Source: Spirochaetia bacterium
Lineage (GTDB): Bacteria > Spirochaetota > Spirochaetia > UBA9216
Assembly (NCBI GenBank): GCA_963677925.2
Contig: CAXXYH010000004.1
Coordinates: 1,056,001-1,120,000 of the forward strand
Length of the DNA stretch: 64,000 nt
Direction: 5' to 3'
The translations under genes were made by a program, and so were the position numbers. Under the pieces are notes generated by a model. That model was not told where the DNA came from. It saw only the letters and a program-made list of their open reading frames with translations, and did no database searches. Positions 1 through 9,692 of the stretch are shown here, piece by piece (the stretch's first letter is position 1; each line of letters begins with the position of its first letter).

Positions 1-181
1 TGATAATAAGGTTCTCTTCAATGAAGTGATCTATAATCTTCCAGAGTGTGGTTTTGCTTAACTGGATCTTTTGTGAGATCTCGGTCACTGTGAGGGTTTT
101 TGCTTCCCTGAATTCGTTAAGCACCATTCTCCTGTTATTTATACGCACAGAAGAAGGATTATGTCCGCTTTGTTTAGCCAC
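1..181 (-). CDS. ROK-family transcriptional regulator, N-terminal HTH (partial, runs off window start)
   Basis: Not in the ORF track. Manual translation from GTG at 181 gives MAKQSGHNPSSVRINNRRMVLNEFREAKTLTVTEISQKIQLSKTTLWKIIDHFIEENLII, a typical ROK/NagC N-terminus. It has an AAGGAG RBS upstream and is divergent from a sugar ABC operon. Confidence 0.75.
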   Translation of the reverse strand, partial: MAKQSGHNPSSVRINNRRMVLNEFREAKTLTVTEISQKIQLSKTTLWKIIDHFIEENLII

Positions 182-353
182 AAATCCGCTCCTTGTTTTA
201 GGATGTTAGCAAACAATGAGTGTAAAAGCAACAATTATCTGTTAAAAAATAAAAATATATCTATAAAGTAAACAAGGTTAATATATGATAAGTATATATT
301 ATATATAGAAATATTATATATTTGATAATGATATATTTAATTAACCAACAAAC

Positions 354-381
354 TTGACAAATAGGAGGATTATGCTATTCT
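354..381 (+). promoter_or_regulatory. sigma70-type promoter of inositol operon
   Basis: TTGACA (354-359), 16-nt spacer, then TG-c-TATTCT. An AACAAACT ROK-like half site abuts the -35. Confidence 0.5.
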
Positions 382-449
382 TAATTCATACAATGCAATT
401 CCCGGAAATATTCAAATATATTATCCGGTAAAGTTCTTAAGGAGGAACT

Positions 450-1370
450 ATGAAAAAAATTTTGATGGTGTTACTTATTGTACTGTTTGCAGCAGGTGCA
501 GTTTTTGCTGGTGGTCAGCAGGATGACGGAACTATCACTGTAGGCTATACATTTCACGGCGCAGCTGATGTTTTCCAGAATACTCTGAAGAATGAGTTTG
601 TAGGCGCAGCAGAGGCTCTCGGCATGAAGGTTAATGTAATTGACCCTAACCTTGATACTGCTCAGCAGGTTGCTGCTATTGAAACTTTTATTTCACAGCA
701 GGTTGATGTAATAGCTCTCAGTCCTCTCGACAGTGAAGCTCTTGTTCCTGTTTGTAAAGAAGCTATCGCAGCCGGTATTCCTGTAGTCGGTGTTAACGCA
801 GAACTTAATTTTGAAGATCCTATGTACTCATATGTAGGTTCAATGAACTATGAAGCAGGTCTTCAGGAAGCTGAATACATGTTTGACAAGATTCCCCAGG
901 GCGGAAAGGTTGTTATTCTTGAAGGAACTCCGGGCATGGAGCACTCAATTGCACGGAAAGCAGCTGTAATTGAAAACCTTATTGACAAACGACCTGACCT
1001 TGAACTTCTTGCAAGCCAGACAGCAGATTACCGACGTGACCTTGGTATGACAGTCATGGAAGACTTTATTCAGGCTTTTCCTCAGATTGACGCTGTAATT
1101 GCTGCCAATGACCAGATGATACTCGGAGCAATTGAAGCTCTTAAGGGTGCAGGCCGTCTTGAAGGCGTTCTTACAGCCGGTATCGACGGAACTCCCGGTG
1201 CAAGAGATTCAATCAAGAAAGGCGAACTTACCATGTCTGTAGTTCAGGATGCTGTTGGCCAGGGCGGCAAGGGTGCAGAAGTTGCCAAGATGATGGCCGG
1301 CGGAACAGGCGGCGGAAAACGCTATATCATTCCTTTCTATCCAATTGACGGTTCAAATCCAGACGATTAA
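450..1370 (+). CDS. Sugar (probably inositol) ABC transporter substrate-binding protein, RbsB-like
   Basis: Signal peptide ending FAGGQQD; periplasmic binding protein motifs (VIAANDQMILGA, GIDG); AGGAGG RBS. Confidence 0.9.
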   Translation: MKKILMVLLIVLFAAGAVFAGGQQDDGTITVGYTFHGAADVFQNTLKNEFVGAAEALGMKVNVIDPNLDTAQQVAAIETFISQQVDVIALSPLDSEALVPVCKEAIAAGIPVVGVNAELNFEDPMYSYVGSMNYEAGLQEAEYMFDKIPQGGKVVILEGTPGMEHSIARKAAVIENLIDKRPDLELLASQTADYRRDLGMTVMEDFIQAFPQIDAVIAANDQMILGAIEALKGAGRLEGVLTAGIDGTPGARDSIKKGELTMSVVQDAVGQGGKGAEVAKMMAGGTGGGKRYIIPFYPIDGSNPDD

Positions 1371-1398
1371 TAGACTTGGTTATTTCCTGAAAATCATC

Positions 1399-1428
1399 GA
1401 TGTGCCGGGAGCAAAACCCCGGCACATC
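1399..1428 (+). terminator. Intra-operon stem-loop after SBP gene (attenuator or mRNA stabiliser)
   Basis: GATGTGCCGGG-N8-CCCGGCACATC, a perfect 11-bp stem. Confidence 0.6.
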
Positions 1429-1530
1429 TTATCTTGCAAGTCGAATATTTTGAATTGAGTTATTAAATCATTTAGAGTTGAGTTAAGAACTTTATTGAAA
1501 AGTTATTCGAAGAAAAATAGGGGGTTAAAA

Positions 1531-3039
1531 TTGGGTACCAACGAAGAATACCTGCTGGAAATGCAAAATATTATAAAAACATTTCCCGGTGTTATTGCGG
1601 TTGACGATGTCACTTTTAAAGTCAGACCCGGAACCGTCCATGCACTGATTGGGGAAAACGGAGCCGGTAAGTCAACTTTGATGAAGGTCCTCGCCGGAGA
1701 ACATGTTCCTGACAGCGGAGAGCTTCACTTTGACGGGAAAAAACTGAATATTCAGAATCCAAGAGATTCTCTGGATGCCGGAATTTCAACAGTTTATCAG
1801 GAGCTTAATCTGGTTCCCGAGATGACCATAGCAGAGAATATGTTTCTCGGCAGTGAAACCCTTGCTTCAAACAGGATTCTGGTTGACAGGGCAAGCATGA
1901 ACGAGGAAACCGACACTTATCTTAAACTTATCGGTCTGGGTGATTATCCGGCCGGAACCATCCTCAGGAACCTCAGTGTTTCCCAGCAGCAGATGGTTGA
2001 GATTGCAAAGGGTCTCCGCCGCGGTTCCAAACTGATAGTTCTTGATGAGCCTACATCAGCTATAACAGAGACTGAAGTTGCGACTCTTTTCAAGCTTATA
2101 AATGATCTAAGAGATAAAGGAATAACCTTTATTTACATCTCACACAAACTGAATGAAATCTTTGAAATTTCGGATGACATTACCGTTATGCGTGACGGCC
2201 GCTGGGTTGAGACCAGGGCTACTAAAGATATGACCGAGAACCAGCTGATAAGCCTGATGGTCGGCCGTGAACTTACAGAGATGTTCCCGAAGATAAAAAC
2301 CACTATCGGAGATATAGCATTTGAGGCAAAAGGACTAACAAGAAAGGGCGTTTTTGAAAATGTCAGTTTTGATGTAAGACATGGTGAAATACTCGGTATA
2401 TCAGGGCTTATGGGTGCCGGCAGAACCGAGGTTGCAAGAGCTATCTTCGGTCTTGATCCGCTTGATTCGGGTGAGATGAATCTGCTTGGCTTACCCTACG
2501 AGGTGAAAGCTCCTTTCGGCGCAATCGAACGCGGTCTGGTTTACCTTCCGGAAGACCGTAAGGCAATCGGCCTTGTACTGGGGCGTTCGGTTCTTGAAAA
2601 CCTGTCGCTTGCAAGTCTTGAGATGTTTACAAAATTCGGTCTTATCAATGTGAAATATGAACGAGAAGAGTGTGAAACTGCAGTTGAAAAGTACAAGGTT
2701 AAAACGCACAGTCTCGATGTTGCCGTAAAGAATCTCAGCGGCGGTAATCAGCAGAAAGTTGTTATCGGAAAGTGGCTAATGCGTCCGGTTAAGGTTTTGA
2801 TAGTCGATGAACCTACAAGGGGTATTGATGTCGGCGCGAAAGCTGAGATTCACAGACTGATAAGTGAGCTGGCTAACAACGGGATAGCGGTCATAATGAT
2901 TTCTTCCGAGCTTCCGGAGATTCTGGGTATGAGTGACCGTGTTGCAGTTATGCATGAGGGAAAATTAAAAGGTATTTTGAGCCGTGAGGATGCTACTCAG
3001 GAGAGTGTTATGCGGTTAGCAACAGGAGGTGTAAAATGA
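1531..3039 (+). CDS. Sugar ABC transporter ATP-binding protein (RbsA/MglA type, two ABC domains)
   Basis: GENGAGKST Walker A, LDEPT, LSGGNQQKV. Start taken at TTG 1531 behind a GGGGG RBS; ATG 1561 is an alternative. Confidence 0.9.
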   Translation: MGTNEEYLLEMQNIIKTFPGVIAVDDVTFKVRPGTVHALIGENGAGKSTLMKVLAGEHVPDSGELHFDGKKLNIQNPRDSLDAGISTVYQELNLVPEMTIAENMFLGSETLASNRILVDRASMNEETDTYLKLIGLGDYPAGTILRNLSVSQQQMVEIAKGLRRGSKLIVLDEPTSAITETEVATLFKLINDLRDKGITFIYISHKLNEIFEISDDITVMRDGRWVETRATKDMTENQLISLMVGRELTEMFPKIKTTIGDIAFEAKGLTRKGVFENVSFDVRHGEILGISGLMGAGRTEVARAIFGLDPLDSGEMNLLGLPYEVKAPFGAIERGLVYLPEDRKAIGLVLGRSVLENLSLASLEMFTKFGLINVKYEREECETAVEKYKVKTHSLDVAVKNLSGGNQQKVVIGKWLMRPVKVLIVDEPTRGIDVGAKAEIHRLISELANNGIAVIMISSELPEILGMSDRVAVMHEGKLKGILSREDATQESVMRLATGGVK

Positions 3040-4001
3040 GCATTAGTGGAACGATTGGTTATAAAATAAAAATGGCATTTGCCAATTACGGATATCTGTT
3101 TATTCTTGGTTTTCTGATTATTATTTCGACAATTCTGTCCCCGGTGTTTCTTACTCCGACGAACATTCTTAATGTTCTGAGGCAGATGTCAATAACAGTA
3201 ATAATTGCATATGGCGTAACAATGGTAATTATTGCCGGAATGATCGATCTTTCATCAGGTTCGGTTGTAGCCTTTGCTGGAGTCCTTGGAACGAGCGCCT
3301 TTGTAGCAACCGGCTCTCCATGGATCGGCCTTATAGCAGGAATTCTGGTTGGTGCTGCAACCGGTCTTTTCAACGGCTATGTTATTACCAAATTCAACCT
3401 GCCTCCATTTATTGTAACTCTTGCAATGATGACTGCAGCGAGAGGTATGGCTCTTCTTTACACCGGCGGTTATCCGATAATTGATATTGATGCATTCACA
3501 ACCTTCGGTAAGGGCTTCATTCTTGGAATACCTATTCCGGTTCTCATAATGCTTGCTGTTTTCCTCGCGCTAATCGTGCTTACCAAGCGTACCCGCTTCG
3601 GTCGTTATATATTTGCAATAGGCGGTAACGAGGATGCTGCTGTTGCTTCCGGTATCAATGTTAAGCGTGTAAAGATTAAGGTTTTTGTACTTAACGGTGC
3701 TCTTGTAGGTCTTGCAGGCGTCATCCTGATGTCACGAATCAATTCAGGACAGCCGGCAGCAGGTCTTACCTATGAGCTTGATGCTATTACCATGGCTGTT
3801 ATCGGCGGAACCAGTCTTGACGGCGGTGTCGGTTCAATTGTAGGAACCCTGGTTGGCGGACTTATCGTCGGTATCCTTAAAAATATCCTTAACCTTACAA
3901 ATGTTTCCCCATACTGGCAGCAGATTCTTAAGGGTGTAATAATCCTTATTGCGGTAATCATGGATGTTTATACAAAGTCCATGCAGAAGAAGCAGAAATA
4001 A
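3036..4001 (+). CDS. Sugar ABC transporter permease (RbsC type)
   Basis: Hydrophobic; IDLSSGS, GRYIFAIGGNEDAA and YELDAITMAVIGG motifs. Confidence 0.9.
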   Translation: MSISGTIGYKIKMAFANYGYLFILGFLIIISTILSPVFLTPTNILNVLRQMSITVIIAYGVTMVIIAGMIDLSSGSVVAFAGVLGTSAFVATGSPWIGLIAGILVGAATGLFNGYVITKFNLPPFIVTLAMMTAARGMALLYTGGYPIIDIDAFTTFGKGFILGIPIPVLIMLAVFLALIVLTKRTRFGRYIFAIGGNEDAAVASGINVKRVKIKVFVLNGALVGLAGVILMSRINSGQPAAGLTYELDAITMAVIGGTSLDGGVGSIVGTLVGGLIVGILKNILNLTNVSPYWQQILKGVIILIAVIMDVYTKSMQKKQK

Positions 4002-4036
4002 GTTTCGAAAAGACAGCATTTGATGAGGTTTCGAAG

Positions 4037-5275
4037 GTGACAAAACGAGAAAGAATGAGAGCCATCCTTAATCATAAGGAGGCAGATAAGATAGCTGTTG
4101 ATTTCGGAGGGATGCATTCCTCCGGAATGAGCGCGATGCTTTACAATGCCCTGAAAAAGCATCTAGGAATGAGCAGCGGCGAGACAAAGATCTACGATGT
4201 GAATCAGCAGCTGGCATTGCCCGAACAGTGGTATCTGGATAAGTTTCAGATCGACACAAGGGATCTTGCATATGATTTTTCTTTTAATTCACAGGACTGG
4301 GCTGACTGGACCCTGCCGGACGGTTCTTCGGCAAAGTTCCCTGCATGGATGAATCTTGAACAGGAAGGCGCCGACTGGGTTGTTAAAGATGGCGATGGTG
4401 ATGTGCTTGCGAAAATGGTCGACGGTGCATTTTATTTTGACCAGGAGATTTATCCCTACAACGGAAAGACTAAAACCGACTTTAATGACATAGAAGAAGC
4501 TGCTTCAAAGGTAAGCTGGATGAGTCTTACAGATCCGCTGTGGAAAAATGCAGGGTCGCCTGATTTTTACGAATCAATAGGAAAGGCTGCAAAAAAGATA
4601 TACGAGGAAACTGATTACTCCATTATCGCTAACTACTCAAATATTGTTTTTGAACCGGGACAGTGGCTTTACAGGAACGATGATTTTCTGATTAAAATGC
4701 TGACTGAACCTGCAGAAGTCACTATGCTTTTCGAGAAGCTGGTTGAGCGGCACTTTGAAAAGCTTTCGAAACTTCTTCCGCAGATAGACGGATACGCTGA
4801 TGTAATCATTTTCAGTGACGATCTTGGAATGCAGAATGCACCATTGATTTCTCCTGACCTGTACAGGGAACTTATTTTTCCCTGGCACAAGAAGATCTTT
4901 GATTATGTTCATGATAATTCAAACATTAAAACATTTCTTCACAGCTGCGGATCTATCTTCCATATCATACCGCATCTTATTGAAGCCGGTCTTGATATCC
5001 TTAACCCTGTTCAGACCCAGTGTACTGATATGGAAGCCGACAAGCTGAAGGCTGAATACGGAAAGGATCTTGTATTCTGGGGCGGAGGAATCGATACTCA
5101 GAACGCTTTGGCCTTCGATAATGAGCAGACTGTCCGCGACATGGTCCGGAAGAATTGCGACATGCTGATGAAGGACGGCGGATTTGTGTTTACTGCTATC
5201 CACAATATGCTTCCCGGCATACCTCCGGAGAATGTCGTGGCAATGTATGATGAAGTTAATTCTATTAAATACTAG
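4037..5275 (+). CDS. Uroporphyrinogen decarboxylase / MtaA-CmuA methyltransferase family protein
   Basis: SDDLG, FLHSCG, LDILNPVQ, FWGGGIDTQ and PPEN motifs typical of the URO-D/CIMS-like superfamily. Confidence 0.8.
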   Translation: MTKRERMRAILNHKEADKIAVDFGGMHSSGMSAMLYNALKKHLGMSSGETKIYDVNQQLALPEQWYLDKFQIDTRDLAYDFSFNSQDWADWTLPDGSSAKFPAWMNLEQEGADWVVKDGDGDVLAKMVDGAFYFDQEIYPYNGKTKTDFNDIEEAASKVSWMSLTDPLWKNAGSPDFYESIGKAAKKIYEETDYSIIANYSNIVFEPGQWLYRNDDFLIKMLTEPAEVTMLFEKLVERHFEKLSKLLPQIDGYADVIIFSDDLGMQNAPLISPDLYRELIFPWHKKIFDYVHDNSNIKTFLHSCGSIFHIIPHLIEAGLDILNPVQTQCTDMEADKLKAEYGKDLVFWGGGIDTQNALAFDNEQTVRDMVRKNCDMLMKDGGFVFTAIHNMLPGIPPENVVAMYDEVNSIKY

Positions 5276-5302
5276 GAATTTTTCTGTTAGGAGAGAACTG
5301 AA

Positions 5303-6310
5303 ATGAAAATTGGAATCATTGGAGCAGGAAGAATAGGAAAGGTGCATGCTAAGAATATAGCAATGTTTGTCAGGGAAATGGAGATAAAAACAATTGCAGA
5401 TCCATTTGCAAATGAAGAAACTGAAGCCTTTGCGAAAGAATATGGAATACCTAATGTAACAAAGGATGCTGAAGATATACTTCAGGATAAAGAGATAGAG
5501 GCAGTTTTAATCTGCTCATCTACCGATACCCACTCTCAGTTTATTATCAAATCGGCAGCCGCTGGTAAGCATATTTTCTGCGAAAAACCGATCGATTATG
5601 ATCTTAAGATGGTCCACAAGGCAATTGATTCTGCAAAGGATGCAGGTGTAAAGCTGATGATCGGTTTTTCAAGACGTTTTGATCACAACCATAAGGCTGT
5701 TTATGACATGGTAAGGGCCGGCAAGGTCGGAGAACCGCATATCATCAAGATCTCTTCCCGGGACCCGGAACCGCCGCCAATCAGCTATGTAAAAGTATCA
5801 GGCGGTATCTTTTACGATATGATGATACATGACTTTGATATGGCCAGATTTCTTGCAGGCAGCGATGCTGTCGAAGTTTATACCCAGGGTGCTGTTCTTG
5901 TTGATCCGGCAATCGGGGAAGCAGGTGATGTAGATACTGCAATTGTAACTATTAAATTCGAAAGCGGCGCTTTGGCTGTTATAGACAACAGCAGAAAGGC
6001 TGTATACGGATACGACCAGCGTGTGGAAGTATTCGGTTCTGAAGGCTGTGCTATTAATGATAATGATCTGCCTCATACTGCCGCAGTAATGAACGGTGAA
6101 GGAACCACTTATGAGGCCTGTTACAAGATAATGTGGGACCGCTATACAATGGCTTTTGTAAATGAGATGAAAGCCTTTGCCGCGGCAATCATCAATGACA
6201 CCGAAACTCCTGTCACAGGTATGGACGGCCTCTATCCTGTACTTATGGCTGCCGCTGCGACAAAATCGCTTAAAGAGGGCAGGCCTGTTAAAATCAGCGA
6301 GGTTGAATAG
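5303..6310 (+). CDS. iolG: myo-inositol 2-dehydrogenase
   Basis: GAGRIG Rossmann motif, CEKP, GGIFYDMMIHDFD, GYDQRVEVFG. Confidence 0.9.
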   Translation: MKIGIIGAGRIGKVHAKNIAMFVREMEIKTIADPFANEETEAFAKEYGIPNVTKDAEDILQDKEIEAVLICSSTDTHSQFIIKSAAAGKHIFCEKPIDYDLKMVHKAIDSAKDAGVKLMIGFSRRFDHNHKAVYDMVRAGKVGEPHIIKISSRDPEPPPISYVKVSGGIFYDMMIHDFDMARFLAGSDAVEVYTQGAVLVDPAIGEAGDVDTAIVTIKFESGALAVIDNSRKAVYGYDQRVEVFGSEGCAINDNDLPHTAAVMNGEGTTYEACYKIMWDRYTMAFVNEMKAFAAAIINDTETPVTGMDGLYPVLMAAAATKSLKEGRPVKISEVE

Positions 6311-7096
6311 ATGAGATTCTGTGCATGTATTGATACCCTGTACACCGAGCTGCCATGGGAGAATCGTTTTCAGGCTGCAAAAGATGACGGATTTGAATCT
6401 GTTGAGTTCTGGGACTGGCGTGTAAAGGATCTTGATGTAACAAGAGATGCCGCCGCCGCCGCCGGAATTAAAATCAGCGGATTCAACGGTGATGCGGATT
6501 TCTCGCTTGTAGATCCGTCTCATAAGAAACAGTATCTGGATTTCATAAAGGAGTCTGTTGCGGTAGCTAAAAAGATAGGTGCCGAGAGTATCACTATTCA
6601 TTCAAACGCTCTTGGAGACGGTGGTGTTGTTGTAAACCATTACACCGAACTTTCTGATACAGTAAAAATCTGCAGTATGTTTGATATGCTGAAAGAATGC
6701 GCTGTGATTGCTGAAGAGGAAGATATTAATATGAACCTCGAAGCCTTGAATATTTCAACCGATCATGTCGGTAATTTTCTGAAATATACAAAAGATGGTG
6801 CCGAGATAGTCAGGATTATCGGTTCACCGAAACTGAAGCTTCTGTACGATGCCTATCATATGCAGCTGAATGAAGGAAGCGTCTGCGATAAACTGAGTAA
6901 TTATATTGATGTAATCGGACATATACATATTGCTGATGCTCCCGGAAGGCATGAACCGGGAACCGGTGAAATGCACTATCTGAATATTATGAAGCATCTT
7001 GAAAAACTCGGATATACCGGACGTGTAGGCAGCGAGCTCTTTCCTCTGACTGATACTGCTGCCGCAGTAAAAGCTATTATGGCAGTTAAAAGGTAA
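6311..7096 (+). CDS. Hydroxypyruvate isomerase-like TIM barrel protein
   Basis: VEFW, LEALN, LLYDAYHMQ, HIHIADAPGRHEPGTGE. Confidence 0.8.
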   Translation: MRFCACIDTLYTELPWENRFQAAKDDGFESVEFWDWRVKDLDVTRDAAAAAGIKISGFNGDADFSLVDPSHKKQYLDFIKESVAVAKKIGAESITIHSNALGDGGVVVNHYTELSDTVKICSMFDMLKECAVIAEEEDINMNLEALNISTDHVGNFLKYTKDGAEIVRIIGSPKLKLLYDAYHMQLNEGSVCDKLSNYIDVIGHIHIADAPGRHEPGTGEMHYLNIMKHLEKLGYTGRVGSELFPLTDTAAAVKAIMAVKR

Positions 7097-7099
7097 GTT

Positions 7100-8047
7100 A
7101 TGGAGATAGGATTTAATACAGATGGTCTGGGTTTTCAGACTTTTGAGCAGATGCTAAAGACCATCACAGGCCTTGGTGTCAGAAGACTTGAGCTGCCTCT
7201 GGGCAACTGGTCTTCGGCGCCGCATGCCGATTTGGATGAACTGGTTTCCAGTGAAACAAAAAGGGATGAGTATCTTGGCAAGATAAAAGAAGCCGGAGCC
7301 GAGATCATAGCACTTAACTGTTCAGGTAATCAGCTTGCTCCCGGAGAGCCGGGTGAACGGCATGAGGATGTTGTCAGAAAAACCTACAGACTGGCCGAAT
7401 ATTGGGGAATTAAAAAAATAATAATGATGTCCGGTCTTCCTGGAGGTCCCGGCGATTCAAACCCTAACTGGATTACTACTTCATGGCCGCCGATTACGAC
7501 CGAAATTTTAAACTGGCAATGGAAGGAAGTTGCGCTTCCATACTGGAAAGAAAATATAAAGCGCGGAGCCGATCACGGTATAGAACAGTTTGCACTTGAA
7601 AATCATGGCTGCCAGCTTGTGTATAACGTAGAAAGTTTTTTCAGGCTGCGAAATGAAGTAGGCGGAATGGTGGGGATGAATCTTGACCCCAGTCATATGT
7701 TCTGGATGGGCGGTGACCCGATTCAGGCGGCAAGGGCTCTTAGTGAATGTATCTACCATGTTCACGCAAAGGATGCCAGACTTGAAAGACATATAGTGGG
7801 CGTAGACGGAGTCCTCGATATCAAAACAATCGATCAGTATACTGAACGCAGCTGGAACTATGTAGCGCTTGGTTACGGTCATGATGCACTTTGGTGGAAA
7901 GAGTTTCTTACCGTTGTAAGGATGTCTGGTTATGACGGAGTGATCTGCATAGAACAGGAGGATCTTACCATGCCTGCAATAGCCGGTGTCGAAAAGGCTG
8001 TGGAATTTCTTTTGGATGTCATGCCGGAAAGTAAAAATACACTTTAA
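7100..8047 (+). CDS. Sugar phosphate isomerase/epimerase (AP-endonuclease-2 TIM barrel)
   Basis: ALENHG, NLDPSHMFWMG, YHVHAKD, CIEQED. Confidence 0.8.
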   Translation: MEIGFNTDGLGFQTFEQMLKTITGLGVRRLELPLGNWSSAPHADLDELVSSETKRDEYLGKIKEAGAEIIALNCSGNQLAPGEPGERHEDVVRKTYRLAEYWGIKKIIMMSGLPGGPGDSNPNWITTSWPPITTEILNWQWKEVALPYWKENIKRGADHGIEQFALENHGCQLVYNVESFFRLRNEVGGMVGMNLDPSHMFWMGGDPIQAARALSECIYHVHAKDARLERHIVGVDGVLDIKTIDQYTERSWNYVALGYGHDALWWKEFLTVVRMSGYDGVICIEQEDLTMPAIAGVEKAVEFLLDVMPESKNTL

Positions 8048-8072
8048 CCGAAATATCGGAGGTTTGATAAAT

Positions 8073-8963
8073 ATGGACAGTAATAAGGTAAAACTTGCAA
8101 TGGCTCCTATCGGGTGGACCAATGATGATATGCCTGACCTCGGAGCAGAGAATACATTTCAGCAATGCGTCAGTGAGATGGCTCTGGCCGGATATGCAGG
8201 AAGCGAGGTCGGCAATAAGTATCCGAAAGACCCGGCGGTGCTTAAGGAGTACCTTGATGTGCGTGGAATTAAGATCTGTAATCAGTGGTTCAGTTCCTTT
8301 CTTGCATCAAAACCATTTGCTGAGGTTGAAAAGGATTTCAGGGCTCAGCTTGAGTTTTTAAAAAAGGTCGGCGCTGATGTGATAGGCCCATCCGAACAGA
8401 CCCGCTCTTGTCAGGGACAGCCGGTTTCTGTTTTCAGCGGAAAAGCTGTGTTTTCTGATGAAGAGTTTAAAGCAGTAACATCAGGTCTGAATGAGCTTGG
8501 AAAAATTGCTGCCGGCGAAGGAATGAAGCTCGCCTTTCATCATCATATGGGTACTGGTATACAGACTGTAGATGAGACCGAGCGGTTTCTTAACGAAACA
8601 AATCCGGAGTATGTGTATCTTCTTTATGATTCAGGACATTTTGCGTTCTCGGAAGAGGATCCTATTGCAGCTCTTAAAAAGTTTGTAAGCCGGGTAGGGC
8701 ATGTGCATCTGAAAGATATGAGAACGGAGGTATATGCAAGGGTAAAATCCGCTGACTCTTCATTTCTGGATGCTGTACGTGATGGAGTTTTTACTGTTCC
8801 CGGAGACGGCAGCATAGACTTTTCTTCAATATTCAGAATCCTTGAACAAAATGGTTATAATGGATGGATGGTTGTTGAAGCCGAGCAGGATCCGGCAAAA
8901 GCCAATCCCTTCGTTTATGCAAAAAATGCAAGAGCATATATAAAAAAAACAGCAGGTATTTAA
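8073..8963 (+). CDS. iolE: myo-inosose-2 dehydratase
   Basis: APIGWTNDDMPDLG, FHHHMGT, HVHLKD, VVEAEQDP. Start moved to ATG 8073 after a GGAGG RBS. Confidence 0.92.
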   Translation: MDSNKVKLAMAPIGWTNDDMPDLGAENTFQQCVSEMALAGYAGSEVGNKYPKDPAVLKEYLDVRGIKICNQWFSSFLASKPFAEVEKDFRAQLEFLKKVGADVIGPSEQTRSCQGQPVSVFSGKAVFSDEEFKAVTSGLNELGKIAAGEGMKLAFHHHMGTGIQTVDETERFLNETNPEYVYLLYDSGHFAFSEEDPIAALKKFVSRVGHVHLKDMRTEVYARVKSADSSFLDAVRDGVFTVPGDGSIDFSSIFRILEQNGYNGWMVVEAEQDPAKANPFVYAKNARAYIKKTAGI

Positions 8964-9208
8964 TAAGCATAAACCGCTGAAAAAGGAAGTTATGACCTGC
9001 CGTTAGATTTACCGGCGGGTTCTATATGCTTATTTAACAAAATTAATCCCGTAACCTATGCCGGTAAAATTAAAACTTACGACAGTGTACTTGTTATCAG
9101 GTTTAAATCCGATGACCCGGAAAAGCTTGACTTGATTGCCTCAATACTGAAACAGATGAAGGATTCATAATTACACATAGAACTGTTTATCTGATATAAT
9201 TGTTTCAA

Positions 9209-9679
9209 ATGAAAAGAAATGTAATAAGTCTGATTATAATCATACTTTTTTCATGTGCCGGACACATTTTTGCCGAAGATTCTGATAATATCGCCGTGCT
9301 CACCCGGGGGCCGGTTTACCATGAAGGGATAGAATTTCTGGAAGTGAATGCACTGCCGTCCCGGTATGGCGAGTACCGCGTGGGGGCGGGCACTGTCCGG
9401 ATTTACTATACTGAAGAACCCATCTTCTTTTCAGAAGACTGGAAGCGGACTGCATGTACTTCTGAATCATATCTTCTGCTTGATTCCGGAAGTCCGGAGA
9501 TCTCAGGGATTGTGGCTGCAGTTGAGGATGAAAGAGGCTGGACGGCTTTTCTTGAGTTTTCGGAACCGTCAATAATCTGCAGTTTTATAAAAATGTACCG
9601 ATCCAGGCAGAATTATTTTAACAATATATCAAGAGATAAAAACAGTTTTTCATTTCCGGCTATTCTTGAGCTGGAATGA
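9209..9679 (+). CDS. Hypothetical exported protein
   Basis: Signal-peptide-like N-terminus MKRNVISLIIIILF; TATAAT just upstream. Confidence 0.6.
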   Translation: MKRNVISLIIIILFSCAGHIFAEDSDNIAVLTRGPVYHEGIEFLEVNALPSRYGEYRVGAGTVRIYYTEEPIFFSEDWKRTACTSESYLLLDSGSPEISGIVAAVEDERGWTAFLEFSEPSIICSFIKMYRSRQNYFNNISRDKNSFSFPAILELE

Positions 9680-9692
9680 CAGGAGGCCGAGT

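Noticed and set aside
5798-6601. 267-aa minus-strand ORF
   Set aside because: Antisense shadow of iolG and the Hyi-like gene; no recognisable motifs.
7508-8122. 204-aa minus-strand ORF
   Set aside because: Antisense to the well-supported isomerase and iolE genes.
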